This document shows, in pieces, positions 1 through 11,965 of a DNA stretch of 64,000 nt (position 1 is the first letter of the stretch; every line of letters starts with the position of its first letter). Source of the DNA: Eutreptiella sp. 'Long Island Sound 2002' (Eukaryota > Protista > Euglenida); assembly GCA_964036045.1 (NCBI GenBank), contig OZ038378.1, positions 166,408,001 through 166,472,000 of the forward strand, written 5' to 3'. A program made the translations under genes and the position numbers. The notes under the pieces were generated by a model that saw only the letters and a list, made by a program, of their open reading frames with translations, searched no databases and was not told where the DNA came from.

Positions 1-3000
1 ACACGGCAACGCAATTATCCTGAAGATGTTTTCTTGATGTAGCGTGTGTGTTTGGGGGGGGAGACCCAGGTCTCTGTCCTCTGTCTTGGGTTTCATGCAT
101 CGCATGTGTCTCCCTGGCTTCAGAAGTGTGTATCAGGTGTGCATCAGAGCACAAGTGTGCATCCCCTGCTGGCGGGGATACGTTTTGATCGAACATGCGG
201 GTGCGTTGCGTGCAGACTTCCACTTCACAACTCAGCACCAGTGGGAGGGGGGCTTTGGGGGGGTTCCAGACCCCCCCCCCCCAACCCCAGCCCCAGTCCT
301 TAAGTGATTGGGCCAAATTTTGCTCCGCGCCTGCCGCGCAATGTGCCACGGCATGAGACAGCACACATGACACTGCGGCACGGTCACATCCCTTTGGGGA
401 GATGCCATTGCATGCCATGACTATAGGTGCGGTCTTTTTGCCTCCACAGATGTTCGAAAAAGGCTTGGAACCCCCCCATTGTGCAACACTGTATGGCACC
501 TCGTCGCTCTGGGGTAAATGTATTTCTGGACTGGCCCAAAAATTCAGTACTTCGGGATTCAGGCCCTCCAATACTTCGGGACCAGAGGGGATTGGGGGGT
601 GGGGGGTGGGGGCACCCACCCACCCAGTTCCCTCGGACCCACCCACCCACCGAACCCTCCCCCTTTTAAGTGGAACTCTGGTTGCGTCAGAGGCCCCCAA
701 ACATCTTTGCTTTGTTTGGGGGGGGGGGGGGGGGATTGCACAAGGGCATACTGTGCAAACATTAAATATTTGCAGAAATATTTAATTCTCTGGGCACAGC
801 CTGATTTAATACAAAAAAAATTCAAAAAATAGATAAATTTTTCAGTACCATGCCTCGGGAATGGTAAAAGGCGGCGCAAAAGTGTGCAAAAATAAAATTT
901 TTCTATACAGATGCACCTCTATAGCCGTGCAGGAGTCACAGGAATGGGCGGATTGCTTACAAGTGCGAAAAGTGACCTTTTGCCAGGCCATGCATGTTAC
1001 CTCTTGTCATAAGCCCATAAACCAGAGGTTCCTGCAAGGGCGGCCAAGCAGCCCCAAGTGAAAGCCCCACCAATGTAGGGCAATGCTAAGCCTGCCCAAG
1101 CACCATCCTCACAGGCGTTGTATCAAACTGGGTTTTAAGTGGCAGGTTTGTCATGTACAAACGGGCCCATGGGGACCATGTGCGTGCAAAGGGGGTGCTT
1201 ATCCTGCGGTGCGCAATTTGGGTAATTATCTTGGAACATAGGCAATATAGTGGTACATACACGCATGCGTTTTTTATGTAACATATACCCCTATACGCCC
1301 TTTTTTCCCCTATTTTTGTTACTATTTTTACCTTTTGGGGCCTCTTATAAATGGTGCACTTGTTGCCCATCCCCAATATGGAATGGGCTGTGATGAACTT
1401 TGCGTTGTCCCTGCTTTGGGCCCTCCTAAGACGGCAATGGTTAGGTAGCACGGACGTGGTTGCCAGCCAGGACCCGACCCCAAGTGGGGGTGGGGGGGGG
1501 GGGGGCTCTACGGACCCCAAAATGGTTCTATGGAACAATGGGGTGTGTGGGTTCGGAGGTGATCTGCTGAACTAAGCTAAACGAAACCTATAGTGGCGTG
1601 TAAGAGTGCTTTGAGTGCCAAATGAGGCAAGACGAGGCACTATACAAATGCCGTTTGTCACTCATTGAAGATCCCGCCCTCGAGCTTAGCCCCGGCTCGA
1701 TGTGGCGGTGCCGTATTGTCTCCTCTGTAGAGAGTGATGGTGTCAAAAGATCAACGTTTTTGTTCTGGTGTATTTCCTAGACAGTGTACACTGAAGCTAA
1801 ATACCCTTACCCTGCGGCGCCTGCAGCGCCCCTGCGGCGCCTGCAGCGCACCTGCGGCAATCGTGCAGCGCGCAGTAAGCGCTCCCAACAGTAATGGAGA
1901 ACTATGGCAATGGGAGGTTTGATGTGCAGTGCCAAATGGAAGAAGGCCAAACAGTTGTCCGGCTTTCTGTCCACCATAGCATTTTAGCATTTACTTAGCC
2001 TCTCATCATATCGACGACTGCCCATGGGGAAAACCACCAGTGCATTTGCACTGCTAGTTTTGTTTGTCTTTGAATGTCAGAGATTTGCGCAGGTGTCTTC
2101 CATGCCGCTAGGAATGAGCACAAATGATCAAGAAGCATCTAGGAATTAACGACAAGCATCCAAAAGCACAGTGGAACAAACAGCATGCATTCAGCAGCAT
2201 CCACAGATTAACAGCAATCACCCAAAAGCGTCCACGAATGGAAAGCAGCTGTCCACAAGCCTCCACAAGAGCACAACATAGCACAGCATAGTACTAGCAC
2301 AAACATTAACCTTGACAACATTTTTACGCAAAATAAAATTCAAATGTCCAAACACAAAATTGCTGTTCCGCGAAATTCCATTTTTTGCACAGTAAGGGGA
2401 AGCCATTGTATAAGGTCGTACAAGTGCGAGCTTGTTTTCAAGTCCAACTAGACATGTTCGATTGGAGGACAATCAATGGGGGCGAAACCTCTAGAACAAT
2501 CAGCCTACCAAGCCGCCCACCAAGAGCTTTAGGGATGGTCAACTTGAAGGCGCATGACTGTGGCACATTGTCATTTGCGTCTTGCGCCCTCCGGGGTGCT
2601 TTCGCTCATGTGGAGCCAAGGGGGGGGGGTCAAAAGTTCAATATTGAAAATTGCTTTTGGAAAAAATCACCTTAAAGAGGTGTTGTTGGATCAAGCGCAG
2701 GCGCGGGCGCCATATACTCTTTGGGCGTCATTCACATAGCATACCCCAAAGCATGATATCGGATGTCTAACCCCTTTTAAGTCATCATTTTGTCAGACAA
2801 AGTTATTCCCCAATGAATTTTTTGATTTTGACCCCTCGACCCCCCCCCCCCCCCCTGCTTGGGTATCACTTTTTGGGGGGGGGGGAAACTTGGTTGGCCT
2901 ATAGCCACCACATGTGTCAAGTCGGACCCAGGTCCGATACCACTTTTTTCTTCTTTATGGACTCCTTAGCCTATGACAGGGTTCCCGGGTGCTATCTCCA

Positions 3001-3334
3001 TTTTCCAAGATCGGTCCCCCCATGGGCCCCAATGGCGAGGACTTAGCTGTTTTGAGGCCGGCATGGGTTGGCTGAAAAATACGCATTTTCTGGGTGACCT
3101 CCGACAATCCCCGGGGACCCTTGGGCCGTTGTTGGGTGATCATTTGGTGGCAATGGGAGTATGTCTAAAGCCATGGGGAGCCATGTAGCACCAGCTAGGC
3201 CCTCTTGGTGGTGCTCATTGCCCCTGGAAAGCTCCGTTAGGGCCCGTGAGCACCATGGTGGGCAAAACTTGGTTGGTCTGTAGCCACCACCCTGGTCCCA
3301 TTCCACTTTTTTCTTCTATGTGGGCCCCCTAACC

Positions 3335-4462
3335 CAGGACGTTTTTTAGCAGACAAGATTTTTTTTTTTTTTTAGTTAAAAAACGTGGTCTTGGCGTAGT
3401 AGAAAAACTTTGTCTCGTACGGTTCACTGTTTGTGCCTGGTGCACCCAGTGAGCTGACCTTTGCTATGCCCCCACCCTCTCCCCCATTTGCCTTTTCTTT
3501 CCTCACAGGTATGCTCCCCTGTGCACATCAATGTCCTCCGATTTTGCTGAGATTGCCAGATATGCTTTGTGTGCCTGCTTGCAGGGGGGGGGGGGGGGGG
3601 ATTGAGGTCCGCAATTTTTTGCAATTTTCTGCTTACGACATCGCAATCCCTGCGGTTGGTGTTGAGGCCGGGGGGGGGGGGGGAATTGTACAGGGCTGGA
3701 CTGTGGGAACTATTTGAAATTTCTGTATGGCATTGAACGGTGACGATGGTACTGATGCTTGTAGCGCGCGCACTTTAGCTGCAGCATCCCAGAAAAACTG
3801 GATGCGTGTTTGCTTCCCTCTCTTTTCCTTTTTGCCTTGCCCCGCATTTCACCTCATTTCTGGTGCAGTGCATTTTCTTTGTTTATTTCCATGGTGAAAA
3901 CAAAGGCTACGACCAAAAGTCAAAAGGGGAAGCAAAAACGCATCGAGTTCGTCCGCGAAGTTGCAGCTGAAGTGAGCGCACTACAAGCTGCTGAACGCCG
4001 TCGGGCTGCGGACGAAAGGGCGCAGCTACGCAAAGGCCCGCGTGTCATCGTCAATTTGGACCCCGGAAATTCTCCTCCGCCTTCTGATTCCGACGAGGCA
4101 GAGCTGCTGGAGAATTTCCGTGCCGGGCAGGATCCATTTGCACCTGGAGCCGGCCGGTCACCGTTCAACGTCAGTCAATGGAGACAGGGAAACAGCAACC
4201 ATCCAGAGGCCACCAGGAAATAACAGCAACCATCCAGGGGCCACCAGGAAATAACAGCAACCATCCAGAGGCCACCAGGAAAGAACAGCAACCATCCAGA
4301 GGCCACCAGGAAAGAACAGCAACCATCCAGAGGCCACCAGGAAAGAACAGCAACCATCCAGAGGCCACCAAGAAATAACAACTACAGTGCCCACTATGTA
4401 AAAATGGCTGGTAACCAGACGCTCCTGCTTTTTTTTTTTTTTCTCAATTAAAAAACGTCCTG
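3335..4462. mobile_element. Non-autonomous hAT-type DNA transposon (1.13 kb)
   Basis: Perfect 14-bp TIRs CAGGACGTTTTTTA (3335-3348 / 4449-4462) and a perfect 8-bp TSD CCCTAACC (3327-3334 / 4463-4470). It contains a short basic ORF from ATG 3891 and a 31-bp VNTR. Confidence 0.9.
4191..4381 (+). repeat. 31-bp tandem repeat, ~6 copies
   Basis: Unit AACAGCAACCATCCAGAGGCCACCAGGAAA(G/T), head-to-tail with no spacers. Confidence 0.95.
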
Positions 4463-5117
4463 CCCTAACCAATGACAGGGGTTTAGCCTGCTATCTCCAA
4501 TTTTTCAAATTTTCTTAGTGAGGGGTGGTCCATAAAGACGAAGACATTTGCCTGCCAAGCTGTCTGGCTTCCTCATGGGCTTTTGCATGCATCTACCCCA
4601 GCCGCCGTGGTGTTGAGAGTCGGTGAGGCCGCGGTTCCCATTGTCCTGGTCCCTGAGTGTGGTGATGCAGTGTCTCATTGAGGGAAGGGTACAAGTTGGA
4701 CTGATGCATTTGGGCAATTTCCCCCATTTTGCATCCATTCTGCTCCCAAATATCCAAAACCCTTGAACCGCTGTGCGCAATTCAACTCAGCGTGGCGGTT
4801 GATGGTGCCTGGTGGTGATGGTGGTTGATGTCAATCGACGGCAATAATTGGCTACCCCTGGATTGGATGACAAGTGGAACCATCCACATTGACTGCCACC
4901 AGGGTGGGGGGGGGGGGGGTGAAGGAAGTGGGGAAAACTGGGGAACACTGGAGAGAAATGGGCAATGATCAAAAAGTGGGCGGAAGGTGAAAGAAGCAAC
5001 CGGGTGTCTCATGCGCCAACACTGTCATTGCACCACCAACTGCCAACCGCCGTCCATAGCCTGGACTTTCACCATTTGATAAGCATCCCCAACCCCTGCC
5101 TTTGCGCACTTTTGCAG

Positions 5118-5223
5118 GGCGTCCAACCTGAGACCGATGGCTTTTCCGTCACATATCACGCCAAGATGGGCTATTGTGGAAGGGACGAGTTCACGTACAT
5201 CGCATCAACAATCGATGGATCTG
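5118..5223 (+). CDS. Exon of Ig-like (Big_9/cadherin-like)-vWA protein; Ig-like part (gene probably 5'-incomplete)
   Basis: Acceptor TTTTGCAG (AG 5116-17) and donor GT at 5224 (phase 1). Translation GVQPETDGFSVTYHAKMGYCGRDEFTYIASTIDGS resembles the 'TY.P..gy.G.D.FTY' strand motif of Big_9-type repeats and joins in phase to the exon at 5987. Confidence 0.65.
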
Positions 5224-5986
5224 GTATTCGCTTCGCCAGTGCAGTGGCACATGATACCACACGCCTACCATGTGTGACGGAGCACCAACCCTCCTCCTTT
5301 GTCCAAGCTACGCCTGCTGCAAGCTACGCTCCCGGTTTGCCATATTATTTTGCACCCACATCTATCAGTATCAGCGCCAGTATCACCGGCAGATAACCCT
5401 CTTTTTATTGTAGAGTCTTCCCAGGTGGCCCTAACTTGGATGAAGATGGAGAACCGTCGTTCATTCCTGGGAACTGCAAACTTTTCACGCATTTCAAGCG
5501 ATAATATCGCAAATATCAATCATGACCAGCAAAGGCCATATTTCTGTGGGTTGCGTGGAAGCTAACCCCGCCCCTCCACCAGAGACCTGGGCATATCTCG
5601 GACAAAGGGGGATGCACATCAGAAGTGCCATGCTGTAGGGCCTACTGGTTTCGGACATGCGACTCAAGACCAACCACATCGGATGTGCGATGATTCGGGG
5701 CGCGCCCGGGGCAGGGGGAGGGTTTTTCTTTCTGAGTGCTTACCTTGAGTCCCTCAGTCGCTGCGCAGCAATCCCACGCGGTGGGGGGCGGGGGGTTGCT
5801 TTTGATATGCAACGCAGTAGGACCCGCCCACACCGGATCGGATTTGCCATTTCATAGCACTTTGCCCCATCGGAGTTGTGATTCCATTGGGCCAAGTGTC
5901 CGGACTCATGTAGTGGGTCTGGTCCTAGTACCAGACGTAGACGAGCTGGCCACGCTGTCTCTGCAATGCTCATTCTCTCCGCACAG

Positions 5987-6208
5987 CCACTGGACGAGTG
6001 ACAGCCACGATGGTGAACTGCATTTGTGACCACCCATTGGATGTGGTTGTGCTGCTCGATGGGGGCGTGTCTTCTACGGCGAACGGGTTTCTGCAGCAGC
6101 GGCAATTTGTGTCATTCCTCCAGAGCCGGATGTTGCTCTCTGACACGGGGCCCAAGATTGGGGTCATTCAGTATTCCAACATCCCAGTGGTTGAGGTTGC
6201 ATTGACAG
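5987..6208 (+). CDS. Exon of Ig-like-vWA protein; end of Ig strand and vWA N-terminal half
   Basis: AG at 5985-86 and GT at 6209, both phase 1. Reads ATGRVTATMVNCICDHPLDVVVLLDGGVSS...KIGVIQYSNIPVVEVALTG, i.e. vWA beta-A with a degenerate DxSxS and beta-B GVIQYS. Confidence 0.8.
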
Positions 6209-7460
6209 GTGCGTTGGGTTCAGGGCCTTCTGTAAAGCCCATCACAACAGTGGGTCAGGGGTGGGCAGGGGTCGGGAGGGGGTCGGCATCGCCAGCCCCT
6301 AGCCCAAAACCCCCCCGCTTAGCCCGTCGCACAGCGTCCAGGACTCACAACAGTGGGCTACACCACACTGCACCGCTTGTATTGCAGTCCCTTCCCTGCC
6401 CTGCATGGTACTGCCCCGTAATGCACTGGCCCTGTACTCATCCCAGTTGGCTGTAGCTGCTGCAGCCAACACACACACCCATTCAGGGGTCCGCAGCATA
6501 GGCATCGGGACAGCAGGGCGTGGTAGGGTGCATGTTCTGTACGTTGGGGCATGTCTTCTGTCGTGCTGAGAGGGAGGAGGGATGCGATGGGCGTAAATTT
6601 TCGAACATTGCTGCGGTGCGAACAGTGCTGTAGGGAGGTGTCGATGTTACCCAACGCGATGAAGATGTTGAAGATGTTGGGCGTCACACACACGCGTGCG
6701 CGTGCGCGGAAACAACCTCGCAGTTGGAGCATGATTAAATGGAACTCTTGGCGTGCGCACACACACATGCACACACGCACACAACATGACACAATGTAGA
6801 TACAACACAGTACAGCACAATACAACAGACACACACACACACACACACATGCACACCCACCTCGTAGTTTGAGCAAGATTGCATCGGATGCATTGGCACA
6901 CACACGCTTGGTATGCGCAAACATGCACCAGCCTCGTCCACGAGAAGGGCGTAAGTCGCCACAAGGTGGGTGAGGAAATGAAATAATGAGGAGTTCCTGT
7001 TCAATGCATGTCACAGGGACGCCGCGCGCTGGTCATTGCCTCTCAATCCTTGTATTATCCACCTGGGGTGGGGTCTATGGAGTCTCCGCAACTCTGATGA
7101 GCATTTTCAAAGAAAACCATTTCGCCATGTGAATCGTAGGCGTAATCGCTGAGGCAGAAGTAAGAATTCCCAGGATTGTCTGGGAGCATATTATGAAGGA
7201 GTGTCACGCAAGCCGTCAGGTTTTTTTTTTGAAAAAGGTGCATATTTTCAGGGTTCTTTTTTTTGTGGTGGTGGGGGGGGGGGGGCGCTCTTCCAATACC
7301 CGAAAAAAATAACATGAAAAGGTGTTGTATTATTTTTGTTTGTCTTCACAAGTAAATTGTTTTTTGACTGTGTTTGAAAGTGTAGGACTGCTCTGCAGTT
7401 TCTGAGGAGTTTCTCCAACCGCTTTTCTTTGCTCTATTCTTGGCTCGCGGTTCTCAACGT

Positions 7461-7461
<1 letters not shown>

Positions 7462-7512
<51 letters not shown>
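7462..7512 (+). repeat. (GT)n microsatellite
   Basis: About 25 uninterrupted GT units, inside the predicted vWA intron. Confidence 0.95.
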
Positions 7513-7514
<2 letters not shown>

Positions 7515-8264
7515 CTGATTTGCCACTCTTTTCGAATGAAAGGTGCTTTGGGGCGGACCCCCAACTCTCCCAAAAAGTCCTCTCGCCTACTGCTTTACTG
7601 CTTTGTTGTGGTTTCCGGTCCCCAACATGTGCATGTTTATGTGTATGTGTATGTGTATGCGTATGTGTATGTGTCAGTCAGGAGGTCACCCGGTTAATGC
7701 TGCAGATGGTGCACGAGAAAGGATGGAAACAGAACACAAAAGCGGAACTGTTGTACCTAATTCGCCAGGCGAAGAGCCTCACAAAACAACAATAATTATG
7801 GCGGCCCATTGATGCCACTCCCATGCCAGTGGTCGAGAAACAGTGACTGCGTACAGCAGCGCGTGCGTTTAATCGTTTTTTACACTGCATTATTGAAGAG
7901 ATGCCAATAGCATTTGAGGTTCCAAATGTGCACAATGTGGCCCTCTGGTACCACTAGTTGGACACGGTACACCTTACATGCATGACTGACTTGGGCTGCA
8001 AGGAACAATTCAATCGAGTACAGCCACAATGGGCAGCACGGCATATGCACAAAAGGAGCACATGGCTGTACAAAAGGAAAAAGTGGCGCAGCACTAAGCA
8101 AAGACACTTGATCGCACTGGACAGGCCAACGACGTCCGCTTCCTCACACGCGACCAACGAATTGCAATTGTGTAATTTGATGTGACTCAGAATAACAAGT
8201 GTTCGGCGGTGGGGTGTGTGTGGGAAAGGGTGGGCTGCATCCCCCAATTTTCCGTATTTTCCAG

Positions 8265-8397
8265 GAAATGACGCTGCATTAACGGCTTCTTTGGAGGTCA
8301 TGGCGTACCAAGGAGAAGTGACCACAGACCTGACCTTTGCACTGAGCACTGCTTCGGTTCATTTCAACAGTAATGGGAGAGGTACTGGTTCTCCCAG
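8265..8397 (+). CDS. Exon of Ig-like-vWA protein; vWA middle
   Basis: Acceptor TATTTTCCAG (AG 8263-64) and donor GT at 8398 (phase 2). Reads NDAALTASLEVMAYQGEVTTDLTFALSTASVHFNSNGRGTGSPR, matching the vWA 'y.gG.T.t..AL..a...f...gR' segment; phases match both neighbours. Confidence 0.8.
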
Positions 8398-8430
<33 letters not shown>

Positions 8431-8490
8431 GGTGGGTGGGTGGGTGGGTGTGGGTGTGGGTGTGGGTGTGGGTGTGGGTGTGGGTGTGGG

Positions 8491-8526
<36 letters not shown>

Positions 8527-8655
8527 TGGGTGGGGTAGTGGCTTGGTGCATTTGGGTGTCGGTCTGTGTGTGTGTGTGTATGTTGCTTGGATGCACACGT
8601 GCATGTGTGCCTGTGTGTGTGTGTGTGTGTGTGCCTGTGTGTGTGTGTGCGTGTG
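8398..8655 (+). repeat. Compound microsatellite (GT)n/(GGGT)n/(GGGTGT)n/(GCGT)n
   Basis: Starts exactly at the predicted splice donor (8398) and switches unit several times. Confidence 0.9.
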
Positions 8656-8896
8656 CCAGTTTTTGACCGGGCCTCCCGGGATGCTGATCTGAGCTCAGAG
8701 CGGCCTCTGTGTAAGTGTCATGAGCATGTGGCGCGTCTCCAGCAGCTGGGGACTGTGCGGGAGGTAGGTGGTCACCTCGCTCTGTCCGTGTCGCTGTGTC
8801 CGTCTACACTGCCGGGGGCAGACTTCTCCGCCCGCGTGACCCATTGCCCGTTATTGGCTTGAAAGCCAAGGAAATTGCTGTCAAAGCTGTCCGTGG

Positions 8897-9154
8897 CAGG
8901 GTTTTGCTTAATGTCCGTCCTACCCCACAGGGGGGGGGGGGAGGGTGGGTGGGTCTGGCAGAATTTCAGGGTGGGTGGGTGTCCAACCGACCCCCCCCCC
9001 CCCCGGGGTGGGGTGGGACTTTGTGGGGGCCCTTGGGTCTATCGAGCCAGTGCCAGGGGGTGGGACATTTGTCGGTCTGTGGGTATGCCAAATTCTGGGT
9101 GGGTGGGTCCCTGAATTAACCCCCCCCCCCCTAGGGTGGGTAAGCAAAACCCTG
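8897..9154. mobile_element. hAT-type MITE (258 bp)
   Basis: Perfect 14-bp TIRs CAGGGTTTTGCTTA (8897-8910 / 9141-9154); 8-bp TSD GTCCGTGG / GTCCGTGT (7/8). Confidence 0.85.
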
Positions 9155-11706
9155 GTCCGTGTGTTTGCACAACAAGTGAGGGTGGTGTTCCTGACCTATT
9201 TCCCTCACTCCCTGCATGTTTATTCTCGGAGGCTGGGGCAGATTTGAAGAACACTCGGCGCTTGGCGTGGGAGGTCTCCAATGTTGTCTACGTCCGTTGT
9301 CGATAAGGGTCCAGGGGAATTGTGGGGGTTCTGTCGTGCGTTGCACACAGATCCGCCGGACCAGAGGGCCTCCATTGGACGTTTTTGCGTGCGAACTCTG
9401 AGGCGGGGACATGTTGGCATTGGGCACCAAGCACTTCCCCTGGAAGACAAAGATGGAGTACAGCGGTGAGGCAGGGTTGAATAGCCGCGGAGTTGGCTTG
9501 TGCTTCTGTACCACTCCTGGAGCAGCTGGAGCAGCGACGCGATGACTTGATCTTTCAGCTTGAACCACTTGTTTGCGCCAGTGTCTTTTGTTAGAGGTCA
9601 GTAACCGGATGGCTTGAGTCACGCTTTCAGCAATTGGCACAACGCAGAAGAAGAAAGACCCGTAAGAGGTAGGCGTCAGTGAAGTCAAGGTGTACTACTG
9701 GGTCGAAGAGGAAAGGATTCCAAGAGCTATCTGTGCCCTCAAAGTCATTAGCTAAGGCAAATTTAGCGGCAGAGGTGTTTGCGTCTAGCCTCACCCGGCT
9801 TGTTTGAGTCCCTATGCGCAATACTAGCGATGGTAGTCATTGGGAGCAGAGGCATGGGGGATATTCACCGCGTTCCAAGAATTCTCTGGGCCTTTTAGAC
9901 GGGTTCTTGCGGCGGATGTTGGTACAGATCTTGTGGAGGAACATGTTGGTGATGAAGCACTTGCAGAGGCCACCCATTAGGATAGTGGAACCAACATCTG
10001 TGGGGGAACTTTAGCGCGCCGGGCATCTTTTGTGACCTGTGCCCTACCGGTGGACTGTTGCTGGTGATATGTTGGGCAACATTATATGGATTTGCCCCTT
10101 AGCCCCCGGGACATCAGCAGATGTTTTGATTTGGGGCAGAGGATGAGTTAGAAGTGTGTGTGTTGTGTTGCCAGAAGCACTCCACCGTCGCAGTTTGTGA
10201 TGAGTGTAAGGAGCACTATTGTATTGAATGTATTGACACCCACACTTGTGGGACCAATGTTGTTTGTTAAGTACAATACAGATGACAGTTGGAGTTGCTG
10301 AATTCCCAGGTATTGCTTTATTATGCAACGTGCTTTGTAGGGAAGGTGTGCAGTGCAACGTGGTCTACTTGGGGGCCTTCTCCATGAGAGGGTAAATCTG
10401 GGGCTGAAGTCGGGATAGTTAATAGAAAAGTAGCGCGCAGGGCGCGCGCCGGGCAAACATTCCCCCTGTGGCGGGAGAAAAAAGGACATGTTGGGCCGTT
10501 TTGCATGGCGTGTGTGAAGCAGGACATTGTGTGGGCATGAGCTGGAGTAGTTGTCTAATAGAGCTCAATTCTAGAGCACTTAGCAGAGGAACGGAGAGTG
10601 CTGCAGGCATTTGAGGCTCTAGTGCAGCGTGATGCACGGCTCAGTGTGGGTGAAGTTGCCTACGTAACAGCTGGACAAATTTCTGAGGGTAAATTGGGGA
10701 AACCCCCTGCAGAGACTCCGATCAGTGTTGTTGGTCGCAGATCATGAAGAATTGACTGGTTAGGATCCTGTCTGCAGATTAAATGTTGGTGCAAGGTGTT
10801 GATGAAATATTATGTTGTGCTGCATTGTGCGCGAGGAAGACACCATTGTGTGTAGTGTATCCCCCTGAAACAACAATAGTAGCAGTACATTCTGTTATGT
10901 TGTATCGCGTATGAGAATGACACTGCTGTGTGGGAGGTATGTCTGGGAGGCCAAAAAAGAAAGCATAGTACCATTACATTATGTTGTGCTGTATCATGTA
11001 TGAGAACAACACTGTGACGTGTGAGGTAGCGCCCCATCCGAATCAGCTGTTCCACTGGTTCCCCTCTGACAAGTAATTTAGTGGATTGAGCTCTGAGCTC
11101 TGGGAAAGTGAAATTTTTGTGGAGAAATGTGGCTGACCTTGCTCCCGCATTCACAGACACAATGTGCATGGGCAACACCAAATACACATATCAAACGTCC
11201 CGCCAACTCTTCTAATCACCAATTCGCAATTCTAGTCGATTGGCTTCCATCAACGTTCCTACAGGGGACTGTCACTGTCATTTCAAGTCATTTTTGCAAG
11301 CCGACCAAAAGGGCTGCATGGGGAAGACAGCCCCATGCTTTTTTTTCAGTCGCAAGAGTTTTGTTTTGCCAGTCTTCCAGTTCACAATCGCCGTCGTTTC
11401 GCCCACAGTCGCAGTCAGCGAGCCCATGACGGACATCAGTTGACCCACAACTGCCGTTGCTTGGCCTAATACCACTGTTACTTCCCCTCAACTCCCAGAC
11501 AAGTGGCCCCAAACAGCTGTCATTGGCCTCCACCTACTCCAACAATTGAGCTGATGACACCCATTTTGTTTGTTATACTGAAATAAAACAAAATTCCTGA
11601 CCGGTGCTGTTGTTGGGCGGTGCAGCCAGATCCATTTGCCTGCTTTGCTGCCTCACCCCTCGTTCCTGCTTTCGCGCCCTTTGTGGATGTGTGCCCACTG
11701 TTTCAG

Positions 11707-11965
11707 GAGATTAATTGTCATCACAGACAGCCCAAGCACAAGTACAGAAGACCCAGTGGCAATGGCTTCGACTCTAAAGACTGGGACGTTTCCTGTTCAG
11801 ATCTATACCATCGGTGTAGGCACGGCTGTGGACAGCCCGCTGCTGTCACAGATTGCATCAGCCGCAACGGGGGATTATGTGAAAACTGTCTTGGATTGGA
11901 ATTTCTTGAATGGTTTGGTAACGTCACTGGTGGACCATATGTGCGATATGAGCGTGAATGTGTGA
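11707..11965 (+). CDS. Exon of Ig-like-vWA protein; vWA C-terminal half (last recognisable exon)
   Basis: Acceptor TTTCAG (AG 11705-06), phase 2. Reads RLIVITDS...IYTIGVG...LLSQIAS...HMCDMSVNV*, with canonical vWA motifs. It ends at TGA 11963-65 or splices earlier at a GT near 11953. Confidence 0.8.

Noticed and set aside
5728-5738. CTTTCTGAGTG, resembling the start of the euglenid spliced leader
   Set aside because: Only 11 nt match and the characteristic following TCTATTTTTTTTCG is absent; it lies in an intron and is compatible with chance.
7440-8692. ORFs rich in CV, VW or TH repeats (also 6358-7014 and 52767-54227)
   Set aside because: They are translations of GT/CA-type microsatellites and low-complexity repeats.
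7697-10358. Broken reading frames inside the vWA introns (7697-8185 +, 9131-10358 -)
   Set aside because: Multiple stops and no diagnostic motif; probably old TE debris, but the family cannot be supported.
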